This document shows positions 36,112 to 48,883 of a stretch of DNA of 64,000 nucleotides, one piece after another (position 1 is the stretch's first letter; every line of letters begins with the position of its first letter). Source of the DNA: Oikopleura dioica (taxonomy: Eukaryota > Animalia > Chordata); assembly GCA_907165135.1 (NCBI GenBank), contig OU015568.1, forward strand, positions 1,674,001-1,738,000, read 5' to 3'. The position numbers and the translations under genes were made by a program. The notes beneath the pieces were generated by a model that was not told where the DNA came from, did not search any database, and saw nothing but the letters and a program-made list of their open reading frames with translations.

Positions 36112-36761
36112 ATAAAATTCTACTTTCCTCCACCTGTGTTAATTCTCAAGTAAAACGAAAGAGCAGCTATCGAAATTTTATGACGCTCGGGATTAAACTT
36201 TCTGATCATTACTGCTCATTAGCGGAAGCTTCTCGCTTCACGCCTGTCATCTCGAGTCCGTTCTGATGACATCAACTCGTGACAATGCTAACGTTTTATT
36301 CGGCGAAGGAGGGAACTCGTTTTGCGGTTTTTATATTGAGATCAGATGGTTTTTATATTGAAAAACAAATCGGAAATTTTCTACGATTTCAGCGCGAGAT
36401 GAGATTTGAGAATGAAAATTCGAAATTTTTTTTAAAAATAGTAGAAGTGAAACAGTCGAATTCTAGCTTTAAAATGTGGCTGAACTTTATTTCATGCCAT
36501 GATGAATATTTTTATAAATTTAGTTTTTCATTCAGCCAAGATCAATAATGAAAATGATCAAGCTTTTTTTTAGCTTATCAATGGCGTTTCTGAAAGTGAC
36601 TCATAATATAATTCAGTGAATGAAATAGTTTAACGTTGCAGAAACGAAAGCTCCACAAACTGTCCGCAAAATATCGTTAAAGTCAGTCTGGCGCAAACTC
36701 GTGCTCCTATATAATCCTCGCTTCCAACATAGAAGTAGCAAAGTTTTTCATTTGATACAAA

Positions 36762-37422
36762 ATGAAGCTTATTTGTACTATCATTTTTCTTACTGGCATT
36801 CAATCTCAAAATTTGACACCAAGAGAAGTTGGAGAGAACACAATGGATTTGTGCTATCAGTGGATTATTTCAAGCATGAGTTGCAAGTCTCAAAAATGGC
36901 GCTCTTCAAAATTCATTCACCGTTTTCAAAAAGTCATTGGCGACGCTCTTTGGCATATCGAAAGCACAAGAAAATGCGCAGTTAATCGAAGAGGTAAGCG
37001 AGAAGCTGACGAGTTTTCAGATGTTTCCGATATATCCAGCTTTTTTGCCGATGAGGATAGTTATTACGAGTCAATGATAAATGGCGAATACGATGATTTT
37101 GAAAGCTTGCAGTACCAGTACGAGGACTTTTTGCATGCAACGGAGAAACATGTAATCAATGAAGAAGAAAACGAGGAAATGTTAGATTTTGCTCGGGGTC
37201 GACGACCAAAAAACCCAGTCAAAATTGAAAAAGACGAAAAAACTTTGGTATTTGCCGAGAAATGTTTTCATAATTTGTAATATTTGATAGTGTGCTGAGT
37301 CCTTCGACAATTTATACGAGAAAACTTCCATCAACAGCTGCCGAAAACACCCTGCATGGAAGAAGAGAACCGCAGGCCTCATTCGGCAAATCACTCAATA
37401 TTCTTCAAAATGCGCGAATTGA
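36762..37422 (+). CDS. secreted precursor with furin-type sites and acidic spacer
   Basis: Signal MKLICTIIFLTGIQS; RRGKR and RGRR flank a D/E-rich spacer; a 43-nt GT-AG intron (37248-37290) joins to CAESFDNLYEKTSINSCRKHPAWKKR...KCAN*. Confidence 0.75.
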
Positions 37423-37475
37423 AAATCAATAAACTCGAATAAATATTATAATGATGTGAAGAAAGGTTATTTTAA

Positions 37476-39986
37476 TTAGTTCGCAAAAATTTCGTCAAGT
37501 ACTTTTGAACTTTGAACATGAAGATCGATAATGATACCGAACGTTACAGTAATGATGGTAACAGTCAAAATCAAAGCCCAAAAGTGGGAAAGCATCTTTG
37601 CATAAAATATCCAAGCTTTTTGATATTTTTCAAATTCTTCGTTTTCTAAAAAAAGGTGGTTACTTAAAATTAGATATAGCATAGGCAAACCATCGTTATT
37701 ATCAGTGTTTTTCCTCTCTACTCCGCATTTTCGTAAAATAACCGAAGGAATCGTATACTTTCCACAAATAAATTTTTCGAAGAAACGAGCGCAGAGCAAA
37801 GCAAATTTAGCCTGATGTTTAGAGAACTCGAAGATTCGGTCCTCACTTTTGTCCTGACACCATAAACTCACGGCTTAAGATTATAGAAAGAAATTTTGCT
37901 GAAATTGAAATACTTACTTATAATTATGTGAGCATAAACACTTCCAATGACAGTCAAAAGAAAGAGAAATAGCAGTCGTGGAGCCTTTTCAAAATTTTCG
38001 AAAATAGGGACTGAGCTTGATAAAACATCGAGATAGACGATCATTGTAAGAAGCATCGTTACTTGAAAGCCGATGCTCTCTCCACTTGAAACTTAATTTG
38101 AGTCTACTTTATTCGTAAATGTCTTTTCAATTATGATAACTCTGACTGGGACCCAAAGGCCAACGCATACCAACAAGTTGATACATACAATAGGCAGAAA
38201 AAGCGTCAATTCATAGAACGACGTCGCTCTTGCCAGGACAAAAGTCACCTTTACACTCGTATAATTCTGATAAGGAATAAAGAATTTACGATCAAAAACA
38301 ATAAATCATTGATATCGTAAATTTTTTAGTTAAAGTATTTATCCGATGCTCATAGCTATTTCTTCGAAGAGAAAATGCTTCAACTTTGTAATTTAAAAGC
38401 TCCCAGGCTGGATTCCCGTCGTAAAAAGTATTCTGCAAGAGGTCAAGCTTTGTTTCCTTAAAATCCAATGAAATCGAAAAGTTTCATTCATTAAATCTTA
38501 CATTGTATGAAATCGTAAAGGGTAGATTATAGGATTGAATGAACGAATCGGTGTTCTTGATTTTCCATTGTCGAATATCGAGAATAAGTCTGTCTTGAGT
38601 TTGTGAGGGGGTAGCGAAATTGACTGAGCAATTTTGAACATCAAATGGATAAAATTTTGATGACATCTCACAAGCAGTTACTAGCCGTATCTTATACGCC
38701 TGATTAACGATACCGCTTAATAATTTCATAAAGAAAAAATAGACAATACAATGATAGTATGGATCTCAATTTATGTTCAATACGTATAACTCAATTGTGT
38801 TCTTAGCTTACAAGCTATTGACGACACAGCTGAAGTCCGTTTTTTTGCCCAAATTCCTCCATAAGTCTAAGTTGACGATCTCAATAGGAGGTGTCCAGAT
38901 GAGCGAAGGGTCAATAGATAGTTCAGTCACAAAACCAGTTTGATCATGGAACCAGTGCAATCGAGGATCTTATATAATTATCATGTCCTTTCTCTGAAAA
39001 TATCTACCTTGCCACTTTGCATAAAGAACGATTGATATATCCATCGCGCTCTCAGATAATATAAGGTCGTTTAAACTCACCAACTCGAGCATTACTTCAA
39101 CCCGTAAGGGGGAGGATGAGACTCCGACCATTGACCTCAAGAATGAATCAAGAAACATATTTTGAAACATAATGAGATGTTCTTGGCTAATCAGCGGATG
39201 CCTGCTTTCCGGTCTAAAACCAGCATGATCGAGCATCTTTGTTCGATTAAAATCACCGGGAGTATCAGTTGCATTCCAAAAATACAGAGAAGTAATAATT
39301 TGAGTTATTTGTGGAAAGACTAAACCAATTTGATGAACGTTGACGAAATGCTCTACGCTGTAAATATCTTCTAAATACTGTGCACTTTCATTTATTTGAT
39401 ATTCCTCATGGATATTTATTTTCTAATTTGGCTTCGTTTTTGATTCTGAAATATTCTGGATATATTTAATTCAGAAGCTTTTTCCTGTAAAGGTGCGCCC
39501 GTTCTGTTGCAAGAGCCGTTATAAGAAGCCCCTTCATTCTAACTTAGGTTTTTTTGTTAAATTTTACTAGGTTAAATGGTATTGAACCAGTCCTGAAACC
39601 AAACAGCATTTGTCCATTCAACACATGCATCAACAAAATCTAGCTTCGCGTTTTTAGCCCGGCAATAAAATCCGATATTCGCCATCAAGCCCAAATCAAC
39701 ACTTATCAGTCCATCATAATCTCTGATAACTGTTTTCATTCTCTCGCAAACTCTTCTGATTTTTTCCTCATCCTTGCTTCCATTTTTACTTAATATTCCA
39801 AACCTGATAATAAATTTGATCTTAAGTCTATCCGAATAAGCTTTACCGGGGATTTAATGGACTAAGGTATTTGTTATATTTGCCATTGACTTGAATCATG
39901 TCAAATATTCGTTGCTCCCAATCGGTATCATCCGCTAGTTGCGCATAATTTCTCTGATAAAGAAGAAAAATGCAACTAAGTCTCAT
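37476..39986 (-). CDS. divergent Cys-loop ligand-gated ion channel subunit (5-HT3/nAChR-like, non-alpha) with extra N-terminal domain
   Basis: IWTPPIEIVN, Cys-loop CEMSSKFYPFDVQNC, M1 LFLPIVCINLLVCVGLWVP, M2 GESIGFQVTMLLTMIVYL, M3, M4; no vicinal CC; signal MRLSCIFLLYQRNYAQ at 39986. Confidence 0.85.
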
Positions 39987-40223
39987 TGTTCAAACAAGTA
40001 AAAAACACAAGAAATATCGCCTGCCGGCCTATTCTGAAAATCTACATTTCTTTTTTTACACCCTGTCATGAGCGTAAAATTTAACGATGGATACATTTGT
40101 TGCCTTTAACGAACTGAGTCAAGTCTTTTCTTTTGAACTTGATGTATTCTATTTCGACAATTGAAACTTCATGCCAGTGAAAAACAGATGCGAGTAGAAA
40201 ATGCTCCTTCTTGTTTATTCATT

Positions 40224-42438
40224 TTAGTTCGCATAAATTTCATCCAGCGCGTTGCACCTTTGAACAAAAAGATCAATGTAGATAGCGAAGGTAACAAGCA
40301 TAATTGTAACAGTCAAAATCAGTGCCCAAAAGTGAGAAAGCATCTTTGCATAAAATAGCCAAGCTTGATGATATCGATCAAAATCTTCTTTTTCTTGGAA
40401 ACAATTATAGTCAGGCTAAGATATTGAGGTAACAAACCATTGTTGGTATCATTGTCAGAGCTGATTTCCCCACATTTTTGTGAAATGACAGAAGGAATTC
40501 TGTATTTTCCACTCATAAATTTCTCGTAAAATCGGGCGCAGAGTAAAGCAAATTTTGCTTGACGTTTGGAGAGCTCGAAAATTCGGTCTTCAGTTTTTGT
40601 CTGGCACCACAAGCTCACCGCTAAAACGTGAAAATGAAGAATAATTGTAATCGAATCAATTCTTACTTATAACTATATGAGCAATAGCACTTCCTAGACC
40701 AGTCAAAAGGAAGAGGAATAATAATCTAGGTGCGTTTCCAACATCTTCAAAGACAGGTATCGTGTTTGATAAGATATCGAGATAGACAACGCTAGTCAGT
40801 AGCATCGTCACTTGAAATGAAATGCTTTCACCGCTTGATACTGCGCACAGAGGTTCAAAGAATGAAATGGCTATAAAAAATGTAATTTTGAAACCCTGAC
40901 TGGAATCCAGAGTCCAACACAGACGAGCAAATTGATGACAACTATCGGCAAAAACAGAGTAATTTCATAATATGAAGTTTTTCTTGCGAAAGCTAGCGTC
41001 ACTTTAACACTCGTATAATTCTCGTATTGATTTCGAGGAAGAGAATAAGCGTCGATCCTGTAGTCTATTAGCTCGAATTCTGTATTCTCATCGTGAAAAG
41101 CATTTTTAATCAAATCAAGATCAGTTTCCTAAATAAATTAATAATGATTTCGATTTTTTTACTTTTGAGCATACCTTGTAACCGATGGAAAACGGCAGTG
41201 TATAGGATTGATTAAATGATAAACCATTTTTACTCTTCCAATCCCGAATATCAAGAACCAATCTATCCTGCGTCTGTGAAGGTGTAGCAAGGTCAACGGA
41301 GCATATTTGAACATCAAAGGGATAATATTTCGAAGACATCTCGCAAGAAGTAACAGCTCGTATTTTGTACGCCTGCTTGACTTCTCCCCTTCAAGAAAGA
41401 GTTTCAAAAGAGAAATATTTAGAATTACAGATGATTGACAATGCAGCTGAAATCAGTTTTCTTCGCGTAATTTCGCCATTCATCCAAATTGACAATCTCG
41501 ATCGGCGGTGTCCAAATGAGCAAGGGATCCATTGATATTTCAGTTACGAATCCTGCTTCCATGAAATCCCATCTCAGCCGATAATCTTTCCAACCCTTAC
41601 CCTAACCCTAACCCTGTTAGGAGATTTTTTATCTGATTAATAAATATTTTAAGCTCAACAGAGAACGATCAAAATTTTCATAGTTGAATATTCCGTCAAT
41701 CGTCGACTTCCATTCGGAAGCAAGTGTCGAATTCGAGTCGAAATCCATCATTTCCTCATCTTTATATATATCGTTATACTCTCCTCGACCATTTATAGCA
41801 TTTGTTAAATATTTTCTTGTGAAAAGCTAATTAATTTTAAATAAATCTTAACCTAAGATAAATTATTTGACTCAACTTTTAATAAATCTAAGAAGTTATC
41901 AGCTTTCATGCCTGAAGTGGGGCTCCGTCACGATCACAGTCTCCAATATAATTGTTTTCGACCTCGATCAGGTTAGGCAGTTTCCGGAGCCCAAAAAACA
42001 TGAGCTCTGTATAACCCTCCCTGAAACCAAATGGCTCTTACCCATTCAACGCAAGAATCAACAAAATCAATATTAGGGTCAGGTTCTTCTGCACGGCAAT
42101 TAAATGCGATATTTGCCATTAGGCCAAAATCAACACTGAACATTCCATGGTCTTTTTTTATCTGCGATTTTGAATTTTCGCAAATAATTTTGATTTTTTC
42201 AATATTTTTACTTCCGGCTCTATTGAGAGTGCCATAACTAAAAATCCTTATTTTTCAATTCTATGACAAAAGTCTTACTTGGGACCTAAGCCTTGGCCTA
42301 GCGCCACAGGGCTTATAAATTTGTTGTAGTTTCCACCAGTTATCTCCTCCATAATAATTGCTCTCTGGGAATCTGATAATCATAACCAACTGAAGAACAT
42401 GCTCTCTGACAAAAAACCAGGAGATATGAAAATATCAT
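40224..42438 (-). pseudogene. tandem paralogue of the Cys-loop channel, probably disrupted
   Basis: Same exons (CEMSSKYYPFDVQIC, GESISFQVTMLL, WLFYAKMLSHFWAL). A frameshift follows the signal peptide (68 nt where copy 1 has 66), and the beta1-beta2 exon is missing, with TTAGGG-type repeats at that point. Confidence 0.65.
41592..41615. repeat. interstitial telomere-type repeat, 4 units
   Basis: AACCCT TACCCT AACCCT AACCCT. Confidence 0.85.
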
Positions 42439-42808
42439 TTTATAACTCAAGAAATCTATTGATCAAATTTTAGTTCAATATTAATAAACAAGAACTTAAC
42501 GATAGTATGAAAATTCACTCGCTTTTTATTGATGATTTTGTTTACGATTGTCAAATCAACATCTTTACTTCTCTTGCGATAGGAGCGGACTCTTCCTAAC
42601 ACCATCTGAAAGTAGCATTAAAATTTATGGTTTCATTTTCAATACGTAAAAGCCGGATGATTAAAGAGTCATTAAATTTGTTGATTTTTGTTTTGAACTT
42701 CGAGCTTTTTACGTCCTGTTAATTTTAAGACCGTGACACTTACTTAATTTATAAGGGACGTTGAAGATTTATTTAAACGCAAAAATTACTTTTAGCATGT
42801 CAGGTGAG

Positions 42809-45100
42809 AGTTAAAAATCAGTAGAAAAGGCTTCTTCTTTTTTCTCTTCATCAATGATTTTTTCGTGGAGATCGTCATCTGAGTCCGATCTGTGCCAGAA
42901 ATCTAATGAACGCTTGTAGCCACATTTTTTGGCAATATCGCTGAAAACGAAGCAGTGAAGTCGAGCGTCTCGTTGTTGTTTTCTGAAATCATTTTGAGAT
43001 TGAAAAATCTGACCAAAACTTACGTGTGGTGAAATCGACGTCTTCCCATGACAATCAAAGCCGTTAAAAAGCTCGCTGCAACTGTTACTGTGAAGCCAAG
43101 AGTTCCAATATAGTGGTAAGAAATATTGTAAAACGAGAGGATCCCGGAGTTTTCGACGAACTCGGATTCGTTTATTTCGATTGGGTAGCTTGTTCCGTTT
43201 TCAAAGGTGCATCTATCAGTGTTGACTGGAATTCGGAAAGATTTTTCGACGATTTCAGTTGGCACTGGGTAGATGTTTCTTCCGATGTAGCACCAGGTAC
43301 ACGCTGCGACACCGCACAATAGACCGACTAAATGAAAGATATATAAAAGATAAGCGCGCGGATCTACCTAAGGCACTTATTTCCTCAATCAGCGGAAAGA
43401 AAACTCCCATCATAAAAACTGCATAAACAGGCCCAGCAATAATGGCGCCAATACTCAATACAACTTCAATCACACCACCCTTCAGGAGAGTCGATAGATA
43501 GGCAAAGCCAATGCACACGAATCCAACAAATAAAGTCAAACTCTTCGCCAAAATAACCTGTTTTACTTTTCCAAGTTTTGAGGCTCTTTCTCCGATCATG
43601 TCGGTCATAATTACATTCGCCATTGAGCTAATAAAGGAGCTTACTGAGCTAAAAACTAGGGTTGACAAATTGATTTTCGATTGGCTGCTTCTAATTTGGT
43701 TCTCTTTCGCAACCCTAGCCTGAGAGAGCCAGCAAAAGCGCCAGAAATATAAATTGCACTTAGCCCCGGGTACTCAACAAAGAGAAAATTTGTCAAGAAG
43801 GGCATCAGCTGATCTGTAGATTCCAAAAAGCCCGCGGCCGCTGGATCGCAAAGCTCATAGTAGTAGACTAGAGTATATCCAGTGAACAAGCAAGACATGA
43901 GAATTATCGAAAGCCATCCGATCGCCATATATCCGGCTGTTTTCGCATGCGCTAAACTCTTGCAGCTCAAAAATCGCTGGACAAAGTTCTGTGAGCAGCC
44001 GAAGGCATAGCCTTCGATTCCGAAGAATTTTCCGATCAAATATGCTTGGAGAGAATCGCGAACTGTCGGGTCCCAGGAGCTGCGAAAGAATTCTGTTCTT
44101 CCGGTTAAATTTGCCATTTCGAAGATCTTGCCGTATCCGACTTTGATGTGAGTGAAGATGATCACTGCCATAAGCCCTGTCAGCATCCAGAGTGATTGGA
44201 CGACGTCGGTCCAGACAACTGCTTTCATTCCGCCGAGAGTGGTGTAAAAGATGCAAACAAGACCTGTCGTCAGAATTGCCAAATCGAGGGACATGCCTTG
44301 TTTGAGTTACAATCTGTTAAATCTGTAATAAAAAGCCCCGGTTCAATCAAGAATTTGTTCTTTCTGAAACAGGGTATAAGACATGCCTTGTTTGAGTTAC
44401 AATCTGTTGCGACTGTAATGAAATTTCGCTAAAAAAGCGTCTAGACTCAAGATCAAATTTGCTTGTTCCTGACAGACAAATACTGTAACGTTCCTGTGAC
44501 AGCTGAAATCGCGGTGGCAGGAGCGTAAATAACGACCCCCGTCGAAATCACATTCGCCACCATAAACATAATCGTAGTCGCATTTCTTACTTTTCGGCCG
44601 AATCTCAGCTCCAAGTATTCATAAGTCGTGTTGATTCCCAGTTTGTAGAAGACGGGGATAAAGATTTCGTTCGAAAAAGAAATGGCCATGAAGTATCCGG
44701 CAATGGACCAAATGTACATTGATCCGTAATTGTAAAACTCAGCCGGTGTCCCTTATTTTTTCTGTCATTCAAATTTTCATTCATCAAATTGTCATTCATT
44801 TCAAAATCTACCTAGAATAGTGATCGCCGAAAGAGCTGTGCACATAATCGACAATGAAGTTGGAAAAAAGTGCATCGATCTTCCAGCCATTAGATAGTCA
44901 TTAACATTTTCCGTCTTCCTTCTCGACTGATAAGCGAAATAGATTCCCACCAGGGCTGAAACGATAAGCATGCAGCTGAAAACCGCATAATCGGGTCCCG
45001 AAAACAGCGTTTTGAAAAGGCAAGTGACCTTAACAATGAGATAATTCAACAGGAAGCGGCATGGAAAAGTGCTTCTTGAGCAATTTTACCTGATAGTCAT
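42809..45100 (-). CDS. SLC5: sodium:solute symporter, SLC5A6/8/12 (SMVT/SMCT/NIS) clade
   Basis: DYAVFSCMLIVSALVGIYFA, DYLMAGRSM, SAITILG|TPAEFYNYG, TTYEYLELRF, YTTLGGMKAVVWTDVVQS, SQNFVQRFLSC, DQLMPF, SGAFAGSL|STLVSS. 3' end approximate. Confidence 0.93.
44291..44408. repeat. 28-bp direct repeat, 90 bp apart, duplicating an intron acceptor of SLC5
   Basis: ACATGCCTTGTTTGAGTTACAATCTGTT at 44291-44318 and 44381-44408. Confidence 0.95.
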
Positions 45101-45746
45101 TTTCGTAGCAATTGCTCGTCTCCATCGCCCAGTTCTGCCTTCTCTCTTGACTGTTTCTATTGACAGTACTTTTAACTAAACTTTATTTGACCAGCTAGTT
45201 TAAAAAAAGACTGTTAAAAATTTGCACTTCCGTGCGCTCAAATTTAAAATAGCTACCTGTTCACAAAGCAGAAATGTAAAGAAAAAAGTTGATTTTTCAA
45301 GACACGAATTTTTCGTTTCAAATGCGTTTCGCTTTATTTTGGTAAGGGAAAGCATTCGATCATAGTTTATATACTAAGTCGTTATGTCATTTTTGTAAAA
45401 AGGAGCAGTTGCGCAAGAGCTCGAAATAAATGCTATCGGACAATTTTGGCTTCTGGAACCTCCAGATCAATAATTCCGCACCCAAAAGAGGGTTAATTAT
45501 TATATCATTCTCAGGCCCAAACCAACCTTATTTACCTTAAAAATACCACGGAACAGATCAATCTCTGATAAAATTTACCAAAACTTTCAATTTTAAACAA
45601 CATATTTGTCGCTTCAAACTTTCAGCTGCTTGAAACTAAGATGAACTTCACCTGGAAGAGCTTGCCTCGGGCGAAAAAGAAGGCTCTGTAGAAGAAGGTG
45701 AAATGAAGACTGCTGAGTTAAGCGTTCTAGGCTCGTTTATTCTTGC

Positions 45747-47520
45747 TCAGTGAAAGAATCCCTTGAACAATGCTTCGAGCTTTGCCTGACAAAAAATCGA
45801 TAAGTGGTTGAACTCAAGGAAGGGGTTCGCTGATGAGTCGCTCTCTCGAACGTTCTAGCTGCTTGATTGCTCTTCTTGATAAGTCAAGGAGAAACCTTGT
45901 GTTCGGCAAAAGGTGTTTATTATGGAGTATTTATAGCTGAAAAGTATTTTGAACTTTCGAAGGGGCAGGTTAGAAAGAAGCATCAGTGCTCCAATAAGGC
46001 TTCGGGTCAAAAGGAGATTCTTGGTTATTTTCTGCCATTCGTTCGCCAACAGCTATTTCAGTTCGAGTGACTTTTGGCATCCAAGCTGGGAGCTTCTGAT
46101 ACTTTTGCTTCTTCTCTTCGATCTCGTACTTTTTGACTTGTTCTCCGTTGACGAAGGTGGTTCCATCGATGAGCTTAATGTATTTTGGCTTGATGACGTC
46201 GCACTGGACGGGCAAAACGGAGCCAGACTGGAAGTTATTGTCCGTTTGCTCAGTTTTGATGGTGGCAGAAGGTGAAAGTGTGGTAGGTGGAACCTGTGAT
46301 GTTTCGGGGCAGACGAGTTCAGTTTTTATGTCGGGCTTCGATTGAGCTAAGAAACATCATTGTCAAAAATGAAAAAGAAAAGGTTCCAAACCTTGTTTAA
46401 CCAATTTCATCTTCTCCATCTGCTCGAACTCTTTGTAAATCATGTGCGGCTCGAAAACGCTGAAAAGATCGTGCGGCTTCTTTGGGTCATTTCGGTAGCC
46501 GTAGACGGTCGCGTACTTGAACGGCCACTTTCCAAAAAGCTCATCGTCACGTGGAAGAGTGAAAATTGGAGTGAAGTAGTCTTCCTCTTCGAAAACTGAC
46601 ACTTCTTCTTTCTCGGGTTGATGTGCCTAAAATACCTTTTGCAAGAATTCTTCGACGCAACCTTGATTACCTCTTCTATCTCATTTTTTGCTTGATCAGT
46701 TTCCTTCGTCAAAGAATCTTCCTCTTGATTTTGGGGATGAGAGCTTTCTTCAGGGTTGTTTTCTAAAAGAAAGTTTCTCTAGTTTTATAGAAACTCTTTT
46801 TCTTGCCTTTTAGTTGCGTCTTATCGAAATCAAGAATCGAAAACAGCGCTTTTTCTTTAATTTGCGGATTCCATTTGAAGTTATTTATCGGTTCTTTTTC
46901 ATAATGACGACCGACGCTAGCCGAATAGTTGATGATGTAATTCAGGGCGATCTGGCTGCCCATTTTGTTCAATTCCTCGCTGGGTACGAAGGAATTGTGC
47001 TCGATCATGAAATGGACGTAAACGTAGGTGAATACCTCCGCGCCTTCATCCGTGTAGTTTGCTTCCTTAGCTAGACGGATGATATGGTTAAACATTCTTT
47101 CGATCGAGGGTTGTTTCGTTATGGCTTCGTTTACAGATTGCTTCGTTTCTTCAAGCTGGGCAAAGAGAATTTGAATCAAATCTTCATCCCGATATCCATA
47201 GTCAAAGTCCCTGTTCATTTCTTGCCCAGGAAACCATGGTCCTTCGTAAAATCCAGGAATATCGCCACCTTGTTCGTATGTAGTGTAATTGGCATCGAAG
47301 GCATTTTCGACTTTGTATGCTTTCTAACTTTTCTTATACAATATTTCTTGTACAATATTTTAAAGAAAAAAAAACTTCTGTTAATTGAAAACATTCCTAT
47401 TTGTCCCTGAATGGTACCAGAAGAAGTTCCTGCGGATAAGTTGTCACCTCCGACTTCATCATTTATTGCCAGTTTTTCAGCAAATAACTGATTTGGCGAT
47501 AATTCATCCTCTTTTTCCAT
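45747..47520 (-). CDS. unidentified multi-exon protein
   Basis: Chain of protein-like ORFs (47215-47589, 46763-47218, 46363-46602, 45970-46215) separated by short AT-rich gaps; no domain recognised; ends approximate. Confidence 0.5.
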
Positions 47521-47926
47521 TATGTTCTCTCTTTGGAAATTCCAAATTGGAATGATAAGAAAAAGTGATAATGCAAAAGTTAAAAACAATCATCTAGAAA
47601 ATTTTTCATGACCCCATTCTCCCTCCGTGCATTCTTTTCTAGTTTTAGTGACTCAAGATTTATTCTTTATCAACGGGATTATGCTGCCATAGTGTAAATT
47701 TCTTTTCGACGTATATGCAATACGGTATTTTGGTTTTAAAATTAGGCTTCTATAATATAAGAATAGTTTATATAATCTAACTGAACGACTCTTTCCACAC
47801 TAGGACAAAACAGTGTCTATATTTGCCCGTTTGAGCCGGCTAATCCCCGCTTCGTTTCACTGATACTTTTACGTAGAAAGATGTGCTGAAGATCAATCCC
47901 ATCAGAACGAGAAAGTAAAATGAGAA

Positions 47927-48300
47927 ATGGCGGTTATTGAAGATGAGCGACTGAAGATCTTTTTCTTTGCGATTTCATCTTTTCCACTGTTTTGGATCAT
48001 CAAATTTTACCTCTCAAAAATGTGTAAGAATGAAATTTAAAGGAAAGGAAAGGGAACAATTATTTTAGTTGAGGAAAGAAGACGATCGCGGACATCAGAA
48101 GTAATGTACAAAATGACACGAGTGCTTTCGGAAATCGTCATCCACCAGCCTGAAATACCTCGAAAATTCTCCATCGATTTGCTCGAAAGCGAGTTTATTC
48201 AAAGAAAATAAACCACTTTGTTCAATTTAATTTTTCAATGCTTGTCAAAGAATCTGAAGCGCTCAGAATGAAAACGCTCCTGACAAGATTTGACATGTAG
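47927..48300 (+). CDS. possible small single-TM protein
   Basis: MAVIEDERLKIFFFAISSFPLFWIIKFYLSKM|FEERRRSRTSEVMYKMTRVLSEIVIHQPEIPRKFSIDLLE|...RFDM* with plausible splice sites. Confidence 0.35.
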
Positions 48301-48883
48301 TAGACGAGATTAAAAAAAAACTCGTCAGATTGCTTGAGTCTTTAGAAAATAGAGAAAAATAAAGATGAGAAATCCTTGGCAGTCTTTTTTGACTGAATTC
48401 GGGATCCCAAAAGAGACGGAGCTCTTAATCTTTCCAGCCAGTTACTGTAAGCAGCTGGTACTAACAAGCTGATGCAGCAAACTTGGAGACATGAATGATT
48501 AAGAGCTCTGTCTGAAGAAGAATTTCACGTCATTGGAACCAGGTAGAGAGAGGGAAAAAAAATGTACTTGGACTTGAAGATGAATTTTAGCATTTCAGTT
48601 GGGGTGATTTTCTCGTCGATGTTTCTCTCCGTAAGTTCGAATTTGAAAAACCATAATGAGATTGTTTATTTCTCAAATATGACTTTATCCATTGATTAAT
48701 CATTTGTAAAACTATTAAAATCAAATCCAATGTACAGAGTCCTCAATTTTATATCGTAAGAGAAATTGATCATTCTAGCTTTTTGCCATGTTTGTCGTCG
48801 CGTCCCGATGCTGCAAAAAACCGCACATGCACTATGCGATTCGTTTGGAAATTCCTGCGTGAATAAAAATAAATCCTCTTTTT

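Noticed and set aside
36200-36275. Possible C/D snoRNA (TGATCA..CTGA)
   Set aside because: No proper C box or terminal stem.
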